Position numbers and translations under genes: made by a program. This document shows positions 10,758-20,483 of a DNA stretch of 53,239 nucleotides, piece after piece. The notes beneath the pieces are model-generated. The model was not told the origin of the DNA. It saw only the letters and a list, made by a program, of their open reading frames with translations, and did no database searches. The stretch comes from Nitrospirota bacterium (GTDB lineage Bacteria > Nitrospirota > UBA9217): assembly GCA_035623825.1 (NCBI GenBank), contig DASPSR010000050.1:1-53239 (forward strand). Direction: 5' to 3'. Within the stretch, counting starts at the first letter, position 1. Each line of letters opens with the position of its first letter.

Positions 10758-11459
10758 ATGGAGAACAGTGCGATGAATGTCAGAAATGGATTTCTTGCAA
10801 GGATGTTCACATTCCAAGGCATATCCGGAACATTGTCTCTGGCCGTGATGACCATGGTCCTTGCCGGTTGCGCAGCCGGAGCGAAGGTAGAGCCTTTGCC
10901 CGTTGAAACAGCTCCTCTCAAGGGGCCATCAGTGGAAAGGCTCTCCGACGGACGGCAGGGATTCGTCATCCATGAAGACCCGGTCATGAGCGCAGAATCC
11001 CGCGAAGAATTCGACCACGCCGTCTCGCTCCTAAGCGGAGGGAAAAACGACAAGGCCATCGAGCTCTTCGCCAAGGTGATCGAGAAATCGCCGGGGGTCA
11101 CGGCCCCGCACATCGACATCGCGGTAGCCTACATGCGGGCCGGAAAGACGGGGCCCGCAGAAGAGCACTTGAAAGCCGCACTGGACCTTTTCCCCGGCCA
11201 TCCGGTCGCTAGCAATGAGTACGGGCTGCTTCTCCGCAGGGCCGGGCGTTTCAAAGAGTCCAGGGAAGTCTACCAAAAGTCGATCGCACGGTTCCCGGAA
11301 TACCTGCCGGTCCATAAGAATCTCGGCATCCTCTGCGACCTGTATATGAACGACCCGGAATGCGCCCTTCATGAGTTTGAGACCTATGCAGCCGGCGCGC
11401 CTGCGGACACGCAGGTCAAAACCTGGATCGCTGAACTTAAGATACGGCTCAAACGTTAG
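10758..11459 (+). CDS. TPR lipoprotein (GltE/AglT-like)
   Basis: Lipobox VLAGC; TPRs (PHIDIAVAYMRAG, ASNEYGLLLRRAG, VHKNLGILCDLY). Start uncertain (10758 or 10773). Confidence 0.75.
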   Translation: MENSAMNVRNGFLARMFTFQGISGTLSLAVMTMVLAGCAAGAKVEPLPVETAPLKGPSVERLSDGRQGFVIHEDPVMSAESREEFDHAVSLLSGGKNDKAIELFAKVIEKSPGVTAPHIDIAVAYMRAGKTGPAEEHLKAALDLFPGHPVASNEYGLLLRRAGRFKESREVYQKSIARFPEYLPVHKNLGILCDLYMNDPECALHEFETYAAGAPADTQVKTWIAELKIRLKR

Positions 11460-11478
11460 ATGAAAGGGAGGAGAGAAC

Positions 11479-11808
11479 ATGTATCGGAACGCGCTTCTTT
11501 GTCTTTTATTGCTTCTTCTGCCGGCGGGCCTTGCCGTTGCCGGAGACAACGCACCGACGGCCAAGGGCGCTTCGAAGCCCGTTTTGGATAAGAAGGAAGC
11601 GAAGACGGAAGGGGCCAAGGAGCTTTCCGGCATGTCCATCGTCGGGAACGACGAGGCCCCTAAGGCCCTCTACATAGTGCCATGGAAAGGCTCCGAGATA
11701 GGCAAAGGAACCGTTTTCGACATGGTGCTCGATGCTTCCGACACGCCCGTTGACCGCGACGTGTTCAAGCGTCAACTGGAGTTCTACGAACAAAGCACCA
11801 AGAAATGA
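11479..11808 (+). CDS. Small exported protein, GltF/CglF-like
   Basis: SD GGAGGAG; signal peptide; motif GMSIVGNDEAPKALYIVPWK, which I recognise from the small protein found between TPR and ExbB genes in such clusters. Confidence 0.7.
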   Translation: MYRNALLCLLLLLLPAGLAVAGDNAPTAKGASKPVLDKKEAKTEGAKELSGMSIVGNDEAPKALYIVPWKGSEIGKGTVFDMVLDASDTPVDRDVFKRQLEFYEQSTKK

Positions 11809-11844
11809 CATCGCTGTCAGAACAGCGAAAAAGGAGGAAGGACA

Positions 11845-12543
11845 ATGTTTATCGTAAGGTTTTTTCAGAAGGGCGGTTTGTTCATGTTCCCCATTTTGTT
11901 CGTGCTGCTGGTCGGCGTGGTCATCGCGATCGAGCGCTGGTTACACCTGAAGCGCGTCCGGGAGGCGAATGCCAAAACGTGGGACAGCATCTATCCCGCG
12001 CTGGAAACGGGTGAGTTCGAAAAGGCCCGGGAAATTGCCAACAAGGACAAATCATCCATGGCGCAGATGCTGGGCATGGGCCTGGCCAGGCAGGGCGCGG
12101 TCAGGCGCCGAGAGGACATAGAGATCGCCATGGAGGAGAGCATGATGGAGATAGTTCCCCAACTGGAGAAGCGCACGCCATACCTCGCGCTCTTGTCCAA
12201 CATCGCCACCCTCTTCGGCCTCCTGGGCACGATCATGGGCCTCATCATGGCCTTCGCCGCAGTGGCCACCGCAAGCCCTGCCGAAAAGGCGGCACTGCTT
12301 GCCGCCAGCATTTCAGAGGCGATGAACTGCACCGCCTTCGGCCTGATGTCAGCGATCCCGCTGCTCCTGCTCCATGCGAGGCTCACGACGACCACGGGCC
12401 AGATAGTTAACAGCCTGGAGATGGCATCGGTCAAGTCCTTGAACGCCATATCCAACTTCACCAAGCGCCAGTTCGAGAGGACCCCGTCCTTGCCGGGCGC
12501 CAATGTGACAGGAGCCGACCATGTTCAGACGATATCGAAATAA
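11845..12543 (+). CDS. MotA/TolQ/ExbB proton channel protein (AglR-like)
   Basis: Three TM segments; ATLFGLLGTIMGLI and ISEAMNCTAFGL motifs; SD AGGAGG. Confidence 0.92.
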   Translation: MFIVRFFQKGGLFMFPILFVLLVGVVIAIERWLHLKRVREANAKTWDSIYPALETGEFEKAREIANKDKSSMAQMLGMGLARQGAVRRREDIEIAMEESMMEIVPQLEKRTPYLALLSNIATLFGLLGTIMGLIMAFAAVATASPAEKAALLAASISEAMNCTAFGLMSAIPLLLLHARLTTTTGQIVNSLEMASVKSLNAISNFTKRQFERTPSLPGANVTGADHVQTISK

Positions 12544-13036
12544 GTTGAACACGGAAAAAAAATCGGATTTCGATACCGACATCATGCATTTGATCAACCT
12601 GACGCCGATGATGGACATCCTTACCGTTTTGGTGGTCTTTCTGCTCATCACCGCCGTCTTTATCAGCATAACGATCGAGGAGCTCTGCGTCCCGACAGTA
12701 GCCGGAGCGGAGGCACGTGCCTTGCCGAATTTCGCCATCGAGGTGATCGTCCGCAAGGCGGGACTTGAGATCTCCAACGGTTCGGCGGTTTCCGACAGGA
12801 TACCCAAGAAGGACGACAAGTATGATATTGGGGAGCTTTCCAAGACGCTCCTTCGTCTCAAAGCCCAGTACCCGGGAAAGCAGGACGCCTCGGTCCTGAT
12901 GGAGCCGGACATCAAGTACGACCACCTTATCGAGATCATGGACGCAGTACGAAGCACCGAAGTACTGCCTGAAGGTGGTGGAGAGGCCAGAAAGATCGAC
13001 CTCTTCCCGAAGATATCCATAGGAGACGCGCCATGA
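12521..13036 (+). CDS. ExbD/TolR family protein (AglQ-like)
   Basis: INLTPMMDILTVLVVFLL with the essential TM Asp; IKYDHLIEIMDAVR. Confidence 0.9.
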   Translation: MFRRYRNKLNTEKKSDFDTDIMHLINLTPMMDILTVLVVFLLITAVFISITIEELCVPTVAGAEARALPNFAIEVIVRKAGLEISNGSAVSDRIPKKDDKYDIGELSKTLLRLKAQYPGKQDASVLMEPDIKYDHLIEIMDAVRSTEVLPEGGGEARKIDLFPKISIGDAP

Positions 13037-13530
13037 AGGAAACAAGACGCATAAAACGGATGGAGCGGAACAACAGGAAGGGCGTGATCAGGGGACTCGG
13101 CATAAACCTCATCCCCATGATGGACGTCCTCACCGTCCTGGTGTTCTTCCTGCTTTTTCACTCGTTCAACAGCACCCTGCCCGACGCGCAGATTGCCCTT
13201 CCCGATTCCTCTGTCCCGACCAGGCCGAGGGAAACGGTTGCGATCGTGGTGAGCCCTGAATCGGTGTTGGTCCAGGGCGAAGCAGTCGTCAGCACCCAGA
13301 AACTCCTTGATAACGGCGTAGTTGTGGTCGAGGAACTTAGGGACCGGCTGGAGCAGATTGGTCACGGCATCATCGGTGCCGGTGCCAAGGCTGCCGCTGA
13401 CACCATGGAGGTCACGCTTCTTGCCGATAAGACGATACCGTTCAAGGTGCTTAAGAAAATAATGTCAACCTGCACGGCCTGCGGATACGGAAGGATCTCC
13501 CTTGCCGTGGCAGAAAAGGCGGGAAAATGA
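13033..13530 (+). CDS. ExbD/TolR family protein (AglS-like)
   Basis: INLIPMMDVLTVLVFFLL; ADKTIPFKVLKKIMSTC; ATGA overlaps on both sides. Confidence 0.9.
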   Translation: MKETRRIKRMERNNRKGVIRGLGINLIPMMDVLTVLVFFLLFHSFNSTLPDAQIALPDSSVPTRPRETVAIVVSPESVLVQGEAVVSTQKLLDNGVVVVEELRDRLEQIGHGIIGAGAKAAADTMEVTLLADKTIPFKVLKKIMSTCTACGYGRISLAVAEKAGK

Positions 13531-14915
13531 CTACAGCCATTTTAGAAGAGGAACTGACCCAGATTGACGTCCAGATAGAGAAGGCCGTCAAAAGGCGCGC
13601 CGCCTTGGAAGAGGAGCTTCGGGTCGTTGACGCCGAGCTGGAAACATTCGCCACCGAGAGGCAGCGGTTCGACGCGCTTAAGAAAGTACTCTCCGCTCTG
13701 GACAAGCTTGGTGAACTGAAGGCGGGCGACCTCTTTTGGGCAGGGCTCGCCGAACAGCAAAATGCGGATGTGCACATAAAGCGCGCGAAGAACCGGGTCG
13801 CGCTCTTCGAAGGCGATATAAGCGGGATCCTTGAAAAGAAGGCGACCCTCCAGGGCGAGATAAACCGGTGTCTTGACGAACTGGCTTACCTCCAGGAGGA
13901 AGTGCGAGACGCCTACGAGCGCGATGAACGGCGTGAGGAGGAATACTTCGTAGACCGCGAGATATCTCCCGTTCCCAATCACACGATGGCAATGCCGGGG
14001 GACAAGAATTCCGAGAGCGAACGGCGGTTCCGCAGGTCATTGCTTCTCGCATTGTTGTTCTATATCCTCTTCGGTGCCGTCATACGCCTCTGGGTGCTGC
14101 CGCCGCCGGAACGCCCCGTCGTGACCGAGGTGCCCGAACGTCTGGTCTCCATGCTCCGGAGAGAGCCGCCGAAGCCAGAGCGGGAGCCCGAACAGCGCAA
14201 AGAGGAAAGGAAGCCCGAAAAGAACCAGCAGAAGGTGCCGGAGAAACAGCATGAAGAACAGCCGAAGGTGGTCGCTTCGGAAACGGAGACCGCACGCAGT
14301 AAAGCGGAGAGCACAGGGGTCCTGGCATTCAAGGAATCCTTCAAGGGCATGCTGGACGAAGCTCCCGCCGCGCGTCTCGGAACCGAGGCGCGGATCAACA
14401 ACCAGGCGGTCGCGGCCGCAGGCCAGGCCCGTCCAAACCGGTCTCTTGTTGCCATGCAGTCGGCGGGCGGTTATAGCGGCGGCATCAGCAACTCCGGGAT
14501 CAGCCGCGATATCGGCAGCGGAAACGGCAGCCGCATCGGCGGCGTTGGCTTCAGCCGTGTGGAAAGCACCGTAGCCGGGCAGGCGGGAGAGTCGAGGCCG
14601 CTTTCCTCCGGGCCGGGACCGGGCCGTACCGATGAAGAGATCCAGATAGTGTTCGACAGATACAAGGCTGCGCTCTACCGGCTCTATAACGCGGAACTCA
14701 GGAAGGATCCGACCCTTCGCGGCAAGATGATCTTGAGGATCACCATCGAGCCGGGCGGTGAAGTCTCATCTTGCACCGTTCAGTCGAACGACCTCGCCTC
14801 GGAAGATCTGGTTTCACAGGTGGTCGAGCGTGTCAAGAAGTTCAACTTCGGGCCGAAGGAGAAAGTGTCCAGGATCACCATTCTGTACCCGATTGATTTC
14901 CTGCCTGCGGTTTAG
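13527..14915 (+). CDS. TonB-like energy transducer with AgmX/PglI-type C-terminal domain (GltG-like)
   Basis: Cytoplasmic coiled coil, single TM (SLLLALLFYILFGAVI), Pro/Glu/Lys-rich linker, Gly-rich region and TonB-C-like end (LYNAELRKDPTLRGKMILRITIEPGGEV..YPIDFLP). Confidence 0.85.
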   Translation: MTTAILEEELTQIDVQIEKAVKRRAALEEELRVVDAELETFATERQRFDALKKVLSALDKLGELKAGDLFWAGLAEQQNADVHIKRAKNRVALFEGDISGILEKKATLQGEINRCLDELAYLQEEVRDAYERDERREEEYFVDREISPVPNHTMAMPGDKNSESERRFRRSLLLALLFYILFGAVIRLWVLPPPERPVVTEVPERLVSMLRREPPKPEREPEQRKEERKPEKNQQKVPEKQHEEQPKVVASETETARSKAESTGVLAFKESFKGMLDEAPAARLGTEARINNQAVAAAGQARPNRSLVAMQSAGGYSGGISNSGISRDIGSGNGSRIGGVGFSRVESTVAGQAGESRPLSSGPGPGRTDEEIQIVFDRYKAALYRLYNAELRKDPTLRGKMILRITIEPGGEVSSCTVQSNDLASEDLVSQVVERVKKFNFGPKEKVSRITILYPIDFLPAV

Positions 14916-15113
14916 CGCAGGGAACTCGGGGCTGGTTGTGTAGGATTTCTGACTGATCGCGTCCGGCCGGCATTCGGTTGGAGCGAGAGGACCGTCGCCC
15001 GGTTTCACGGTCGCGAAAGGCCATTTATGCGAACGTATGTCTGGCATCGTTATGTTATGATCGATGGCTGCATTGCAATTCATCCTCGTCTTCCGGTCTC
15101 GGTCATTGCTTCC

Positions 15114-15572
15114 ATGGTTCAAAACCGCCGCGGGCTGTACTGGCTAGCGGTGTTTCTTGCAGTCTTGATTTTGTTGATACAGCCATGCGTGGCGGCGGAA
15201 TGTCCCGAGTTTGATCAATTCTTTAAAGAGATCGATCCAACTAAAAAAACATGGAATGATTTATATCGATTATTCACATCGTATTCGTCCACATGCGGCA
15301 ATCGGGCGTATGCAGAAGGTTACTCGGATTTCGTGGCACAATCGCTTGCACAATATTGGGATCGCTTCGACGAACTTGATTCATTGACCAAACGTGACCC
15401 AAATTTTAAGCATTTTGTGCTTAGACAAATTGACGGAACTGATAGCGAAAAGGATATAAAGATGATGTTGAATAATGCTCGAAAGCGTTGCCCGTCTGCT
15501 CAGTCCGCGCTATGCAAGGAAATAGAAAAGGCCGCTCTTTCAGCCCTCAAAGAACTTGAACAATACGAGTGA
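15114..15572 (+). CDS. Exported hypothetical protein with four Cys in the predicted mature part
   Basis: Signal-peptide-like N-terminus from ATG 15114; AYAEGYSD motif; AT-richer than the upstream operon. Confidence 0.6.
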   Translation: MVQNRRGLYWLAVFLAVLILLIQPCVAAECPEFDQFFKEIDPTKKTWNDLYRLFTSYSSTCGNRAYAEGYSDFVAQSLAQYWDRFDELDSLTKRDPNFKHFVLRQIDGTDSEKDIKMMLNNARKRCPSAQSALCKEIEKAALSALKELEQYE

Positions 15573-15615
15573 CAACAAGTATGTGCCGGGAATTTCATCC
15601 AGAAGAAGTGATTCT

Positions 15616-16338
15616 TTATTGCCGTTTGCTGCGATTTGCTCTCGATCTCAGATAGTGCGCGGCCCTCATCTTGCGGAACCAAAACTCTAATTTCCCCCGA
15701 TAGACCATTGCGAAGAGAATAAGCAGGATGCTGAAACCACTCAAGGTGAAGAGGGCTTCATACTGCCTGTTTCGGAAAAAAGAACCGCCAAGCGTCAACA
15801 GCGATACGCCAAGCAGGCGCCCGAGCGTTGACACGATCAAAAACGCGCCGTGTCCCATGTGGCCAAGTCCGAGGATATAGCAGAGATAGTCCTTGGGAAA
15901 ACCGGGAATGGTGAATAGAAGAAAGGCCAGGAAGAGCCCTTTGTGTTTCATGACATAGTCATACTTCCGGAGCGTTTCCGGACTGACGATGCGTTCGACC
16001 AGCGGGCGACCGACGATTTTGGAGAGCGAAAATGCGATCCATGAACCGAGAGAAAGGCCAATCGTAGAATAGACGATGCCCCAGAAAACGCCGAAGATCA
16101 CCCCTCCTGCAAAACCGGTCACTTCGCCCGGAATCGGCGCGAATACCACCTGAAGGGCTTGAAGGCCGACAAAGGTGTATGCTGCATAATCGCGGTGTTG
16201 ATCAATGAATCGAAGCAAGCTCTGCTTGTCCGTTAAAAGATCCACCCAACCGAAGTGATATAAAAGGAGCGTGATTGCGGCGAAAGCCAGGAGGAATACT
16301 GACAGGTTTTTAATCGTTTTGCGGTCCAGAGCGATCAT
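15616..16338 (-). CDS. TVP38/TMEM64 (VTT/DedA superfamily) membrane protein
   Basis: LQVVFAPIPGEVTGFAGGVIFG and FTIPGFPKDYLCYILGL motifs; multiple TMs. Confidence 0.9.
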   Translation of the reverse strand: MIALDRKTIKNLSVFLLAFAAITLLLYHFGWVDLLTDKQSLLRFIDQHRDYAAYTFVGLQALQVVFAPIPGEVTGFAGGVIFGVFWGIVYSTIGLSLGSWIAFSLSKIVGRPLVERIVSPETLRKYDYVMKHKGLFLAFLLFTIPGFPKDYLCYILGLGHMGHGAFLIVSTLGRLLGVSLLTLGGSFFRNRQYEALFTLSGFSILLILFAMVYRGKLEFWFRKMRAAHYLRSRANRSKRQ

Positions 16339-16726
16339 TAGGAATTATCATACCAGATTGCCGCGCCCGAGTATACCGGTCTAGGTGAGATAAACTGTGT
16401 AGGCATAGCCATTATTCGCTCATATCCGGTAGGTTGAAATGCTATATGGCAGAATTTAGAACAACGAGTACTCCGTATTTATTAGTGCAGCAAGGCAGCC
16501 CTCAATAGGAATGGTCCCCGTCCTGGCCGGTGAGAGTTCCCATTCTTTGCAACTATCAATCTCACGTCCGATATTTGATACCCCTCCCATCGGTAGCCTT
16601 TCGGCATAGCCGTTCAGCATCGTTGACAACTTCCTCAACAAGAATTATATTCGATTTAGGCCATTAAGCTTTATGGCAAGAGATAGTGGTCCTGCCACGC
16701 ACAGATGTGTAAATATGGATTGACTC

Positions 16727-18562
16727 ATGCTGAAGAAGATCCTTACATATGGCATGTGCATGGTCCTTCTTCTGGAAGGCCTCGCCTTCGCCGAAGAGTT
16801 TCGCTTCTCTCCCCGCACCAACAAGGCGAACCTGATCCGGTGGAGGAGCTGGGGCCATGAGATGTTCGACGAAGCGCAGAAAAAACACAAGCTTATCCTG
16901 CTGTCTCTCAGCGCTGTTTGGTGCCACTGGTGCCATATAATGGATGAGACCACATATTCTGATCCGGAGCTGATCGATTTCATCAACAACAACGTCATCC
17001 CGGTCAGGGTGGATGCCGACATGCGTCCCGATATCGACAGCCTGTATAACCAGGGAGGCTGGCCGAGCACGGTCATCCTGACGCCGGAAGGAGAGGTGAT
17101 CTCCGGAGGCAATTATCTCCCGCCCGAGGAGCTGATCGGCAGGCTCAAGAGGGCCTCGGACCTTTACGCCACAGACAGGGATAAAATAAGAAGGAGGGTC
17201 GAGCAGGCAGAGATGATGCGCGCCTTGCGGCGGCGGGAAAGCGCAGGCGCTCCGGGCCGAGAGGACATCGAGAACATCATTGGGATCCTGAGGGGTTCAT
17301 TTGATGCGAAGTATGGCGGCTTCGGGAGCGGCCAGAAGTTCCCGAGTCCCGAGACCCTGGAATTTCTTCTTTCCGTATACGCGAAAGGCCGGTACAGGGA
17401 TGTCGAGGGGATTATCACGACTACCCTTGATCGCATGGCAGATGGCCAGATCCACGACAAGACCGAAGGCGGTTTCTTCCGGTATGCCACGAAGCCCGAC
17501 TGGTCAGCGCCTCATTATGAGAAGATGCTCGACGTGAATGCCGGGCTGATCAAAAACTATGCAGAGGCGTACCAGGTGTTCGGGCGGAAGGAGTATTTGA
17601 GCGTTGTCCTGGGTAGCACGCAGTATGTGCAAAAAAATCTCTTCGACAAAAAAAGCGGCGCCTTCTACGGCAGCCAGGACGCCGACGAGTCCTATTATGA
17701 AGCGCTCGACCGAAAGGGGATGAAGGCCCCCGCAGTTGACACAACATCCTACTCGGACTCATCATCCCTCATGATCAGCGCACTGATTGCCACATACGGT
17801 GCGACAGCGGACAAGCAGTATCTCGACATGGCAATCAAGGGAATGGATTTCCTGTTAGCGAACCTGTATTCCGGCAATGACGGAATGTTCCATTATTATC
17901 GCGATGGAACGCATCATCTCAAGGGGCTTCTTTCAGACAATGCTCTGGCTGGGTCAGCTTTGCTCGATCTGTACAATGCGACGGGTGAAGAGCGTTATCT
18001 GAACGCCGCGAAAGCGAATGGTCAGTTTATCATCGGTCAATTCTACGATAAGGATAAGGAAAGGTTCCGCCCGTCTCTCGATACGTCGCTGAGTAAGCCC
18101 CTGACCGCGGGCATCCTATCGGACGTGAACGAGAACCTTGCCAATTTTCGGGCGATCCGTTTTTTGAGCAGGCTTGCATTTGTCGGTGAATTCAAGGGGC
18201 TGAAAGAGACCAGCGACGCTGCTGCTGCGGCTATTGCCGGTGAGTATCGGAGATTCACGACCCAGGCAGGTATCTATGGAACAGCCTTGCTCTGGTTCCT
18301 GGGAGACCCTGTCGTGATCACGGTTCTTGCTGAGAGAGAAGATGCCAGGAATTATCTGTCGGCGATCAATAGCGTCTATACCCCGGAAAAGGTGGTGAGG
18401 GTATTGTCGTTCTCGAGCGATGCGCAGGAAATAAAAGACCGGGGATATCCGTCGGCGGAGGCAGTCTATCTCTGTGTTGGCAAGAGGTGCTCGATGCCGA
18501 TCAATAAACCTGAAAACGTGACTTCTGGATTGAAACACTTTATGGATACATTGCATGATTAG
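16727..18562 (+). CDS. DUF255/YyaL (SSP411-like) thioredoxin-domain protein with signal peptide
   Basis: WCHWCHIMDETTY, GGWPST, GGFG..KFP, GGFFRYA and PHYEKML motifs. Confidence 0.9.
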   Translation: MLKKILTYGMCMVLLLEGLAFAEEFRFSPRTNKANLIRWRSWGHEMFDEAQKKHKLILLSLSAVWCHWCHIMDETTYSDPELIDFINNNVIPVRVDADMRPDIDSLYNQGGWPSTVILTPEGEVISGGNYLPPEELIGRLKRASDLYATDRDKIRRRVEQAEMMRALRRRESAGAPGREDIENIIGILRGSFDAKYGGFGSGQKFPSPETLEFLLSVYAKGRYRDVEGIITTTLDRMADGQIHDKTEGGFFRYATKPDWSAPHYEKMLDVNAGLIKNYAEAYQVFGRKEYLSVVLGSTQYVQKNLFDKKSGAFYGSQDADESYYEALDRKGMKAPAVDTTSYSDSSSLMISALIATYGATADKQYLDMAIKGMDFLLANLYSGNDGMFHYYRDGTHHLKGLLSDNALAGSALLDLYNATGEERYLNAAKANGQFIIGQFYDKDKERFRPSLDTSLSKPLTAGILSDVNENLANFRAIRFLSRLAFVGEFKGLKETSDAAAAAIAGEYRRFTTQAGIYGTALLWFLGDPVVITVLAEREDARNYLSAINSVYTPEKVVRVLSFSSDAQEIKDRGYPSAEAVYLCVGKRCSMPINKPENVTSGLKHFMDTLHD

Positions 18563-18686
18563 AGAGAAAGCAAACAGAGGATTAGTGCCTGTTTCATGAT
18601 ATATTTTAGGGCAGGGAAGTGCTTCCTGTAAGCAGACGCATATTAACGATCTGATATGTCTTGCTTTATTTAGCTGGAGGTGGGTG

Positions 18687-19601
18687 ATGGAACGAACTGA
18701 CGTCATAGGAAACGAGACCCTCATTGATTGCATAGTGATCGGGGCGGGACCCGGAGGTTTGCAGGCCTGCATACATCTCGGCCGCTACAACTTCCGCGTC
18801 GTACTGTTTCACACCCCGGGGGGGCGCACCGGCTACGCGAAACACATCGAGAACTACCTCGGCATCCCCGATGTGTCTGGCCCCGCGCTTCTGGAGACCG
18901 GCCTTGCCCAGGTAAAGCGCTTCGGCGTCACTATTGAGAACGCCAAGGTGGAGCGCGTGACGCACCGGAATGGGCAGTTCGATGTTCTGGCCGGAGGGAA
19001 GACCTACCGTTCCCGGTTCGTGATCGCCGCGTCCGGCGCCAAGGAGACCCTCGCCCCCTTCAAGAACCTCCACCGCTTCTTTGGCCACTCTTACTACACC
19101 TGCATGATCTGCGATGGCTACCGAACCACCGGCAAAAAATTGCTTGTAATCGACCGCACCGTGAACGGCGTGCGCTTGAGCGTCGGAATGAAGCGGATGT
19201 ACACAAATGACGTTACCTTCCTCGCCCACGGATTCACCCTCGCGCCGGTGTATAGGGCGCTGCTTGAGGAGGAGGGGATTGAGCTGGTGGAGGGGCGGCC
19301 GGAAGAGCTTCTCGGAGAAACCACTCTCGAGGGGGTCCGTTTGAGCGACGGCCGCGTGATTGACTGTGAGGCCATTTTGGGTTGGGGCGGCATCTCCCTG
19401 AACGACGAATACCTCGAGGGCCTTGACCTGGATCGTGATGCCGAGGGTTTCAAGATCATGACGAGGGGTTCGGGTGAGTCGAGCATCCCCGGTCTTTTCG
19501 TCCTGGGCGCTCTCCGACACGGCCACTCCCAGGCGATCATCTCGGCCGGCCAGGGTGCCGAGGCAGCAATAGAGATCAGCACAAGGATCGTCGAGATCTA
19601 G
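18687..19601 (+). CDS. Thioredoxin-reductase-like FAD-dependent disulfide oxidoreductase
   Basis: IVIGAGPGG FAD motif, IENYLG, active-site CMICDG; SD GGAGG. Confidence 0.88.
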   Translation: MERTDVIGNETLIDCIVIGAGPGGLQACIHLGRYNFRVVLFHTPGGRTGYAKHIENYLGIPDVSGPALLETGLAQVKRFGVTIENAKVERVTHRNGQFDVLAGGKTYRSRFVIAASGAKETLAPFKNLHRFFGHSYYTCMICDGYRTTGKKLLVIDRTVNGVRLSVGMKRMYTNDVTFLAHGFTLAPVYRALLEEEGIELVEGRPEELLGETTLEGVRLSDGRVIDCEAILGWGGISLNDEYLEGLDLDRDAEGFKIMTRGSGESSIPGLFVLGALRHGHSQAIISAGQGAEAAIEISTRIVEI

Positions 19602-19812
19602 AGAACTACAGTCTTGGTGGTTTTGAGCAATAGTAAAAATGCACTGCATCCCGACATTGAAGCTCTCATTTGGAGCAGCAGTGAATGCTTCATTCAGAAA
19701 TCCTCAATTCACATCCCGGAAATCATGTTGGAAGTCTTGATATGATCGGATGCAGTTCTTGCACTCGAATCAGTTTCTCGATTATCGAACTCTACCGTGC
19801 ATACGATATATC

Positions 19813-19841
19813 TTGACAGTGAGTGTGCGGGAATTTATCAT
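19813..19841 (+). promoter_or_regulatory. sigma70-type promoter TTGACA-N17-TATCAT
   Basis: Near-consensus hexamers with 17-nt spacer; the predicted start falls on ATG 19848. Confidence 0.7.
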
Positions 19842-19847
19842 GTTCCC

Positions 19848-20330
19848 ATGAGCATGAGCTCCCTGTCGAGACGGGACGCGACGGAAGCGGCCCGCACCGC
19901 CGTGAAATGCGGCCTTACTTTCCTGGCGGCCGCAAGTCTTCTGATTGTTTCCTGTTCTAAACCGCCTTCCTATCCCGCGCCGCAGAGGTCAGGCGCCGAT
20001 ATCGTCATAGAAACATCAAGCTTGGAACTCGAAGTACCGAAATTCTATACTTATCGCTTCCAGGGGAAAAATGTCAATTTTTTTGTGATCAAAATGCAGG
20101 ACACGATTCTTTCCTTTCTGGATGCCTGCGGAAGCTGCTATCCGTACAAGCAGGGATACCGCTGTGAAGGCAATGAGGTTATCTGCCGATACTGCAATAC
20201 AAGATTTCCTGTTGGCAAACTTGAAAAAGGCCTCGGGAACTGTTATCCAATCAGGATCGAGGGCAGGAGGGAGAACGGAAAGTACCTCATACCTGCAGCG
20301 ACATTGGAAAGTTCCGGTAACAAGTTCTGA
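19848..20330 (+). CDS. DUF2318 (FtrD-like) Fe-S-containing lipoprotein
   Basis: Lipobox LIVSC; FLDACGSC..GY..VICRYCNTRF..GNCYPI Cys pattern. Confidence 0.82.
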   Translation: MSMSSLSRRDATEAARTAVKCGLTFLAAASLLIVSCSKPPSYPAPQRSGADIVIETSSLELEVPKFYTYRFQGKNVNFFVIKMQDTILSFLDACGSCYPYKQGYRCEGNEVICRYCNTRFPVGKLEKGLGNCYPIRIEGRRENGKYLIPAATLESSGNKF

Positions 20331-20447
20331 GTATCTGGCGGTCCTGGATATTCTTTTACCACCCATACGGTGCAAAAGGTTAATTTGACAATGAGGGAAA
20401 TATCGATATTCGAAGTGTTGTCGCAAGGCTAAAACTGTAATTTTACG

Positions 20448-20476
20448 TTGACTTGATATTGTTTACTCTCTATTAT
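20448..20476 (+). promoter_or_regulatory. sigma70-type promoter TTGACT-N17-TATTAT heading the copper cluster
   Basis: Near-consensus hexamers, 17-nt spacer, directly upstream of ATG 20484. Confidence 0.65.
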
Positions 20477-20483
20477 AGAGGTT

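Noticed and set aside
18666-19649. 327-aa minus-strand ORF
   Set aside because: Antisense to the thioredoxin-reductase-like gene.
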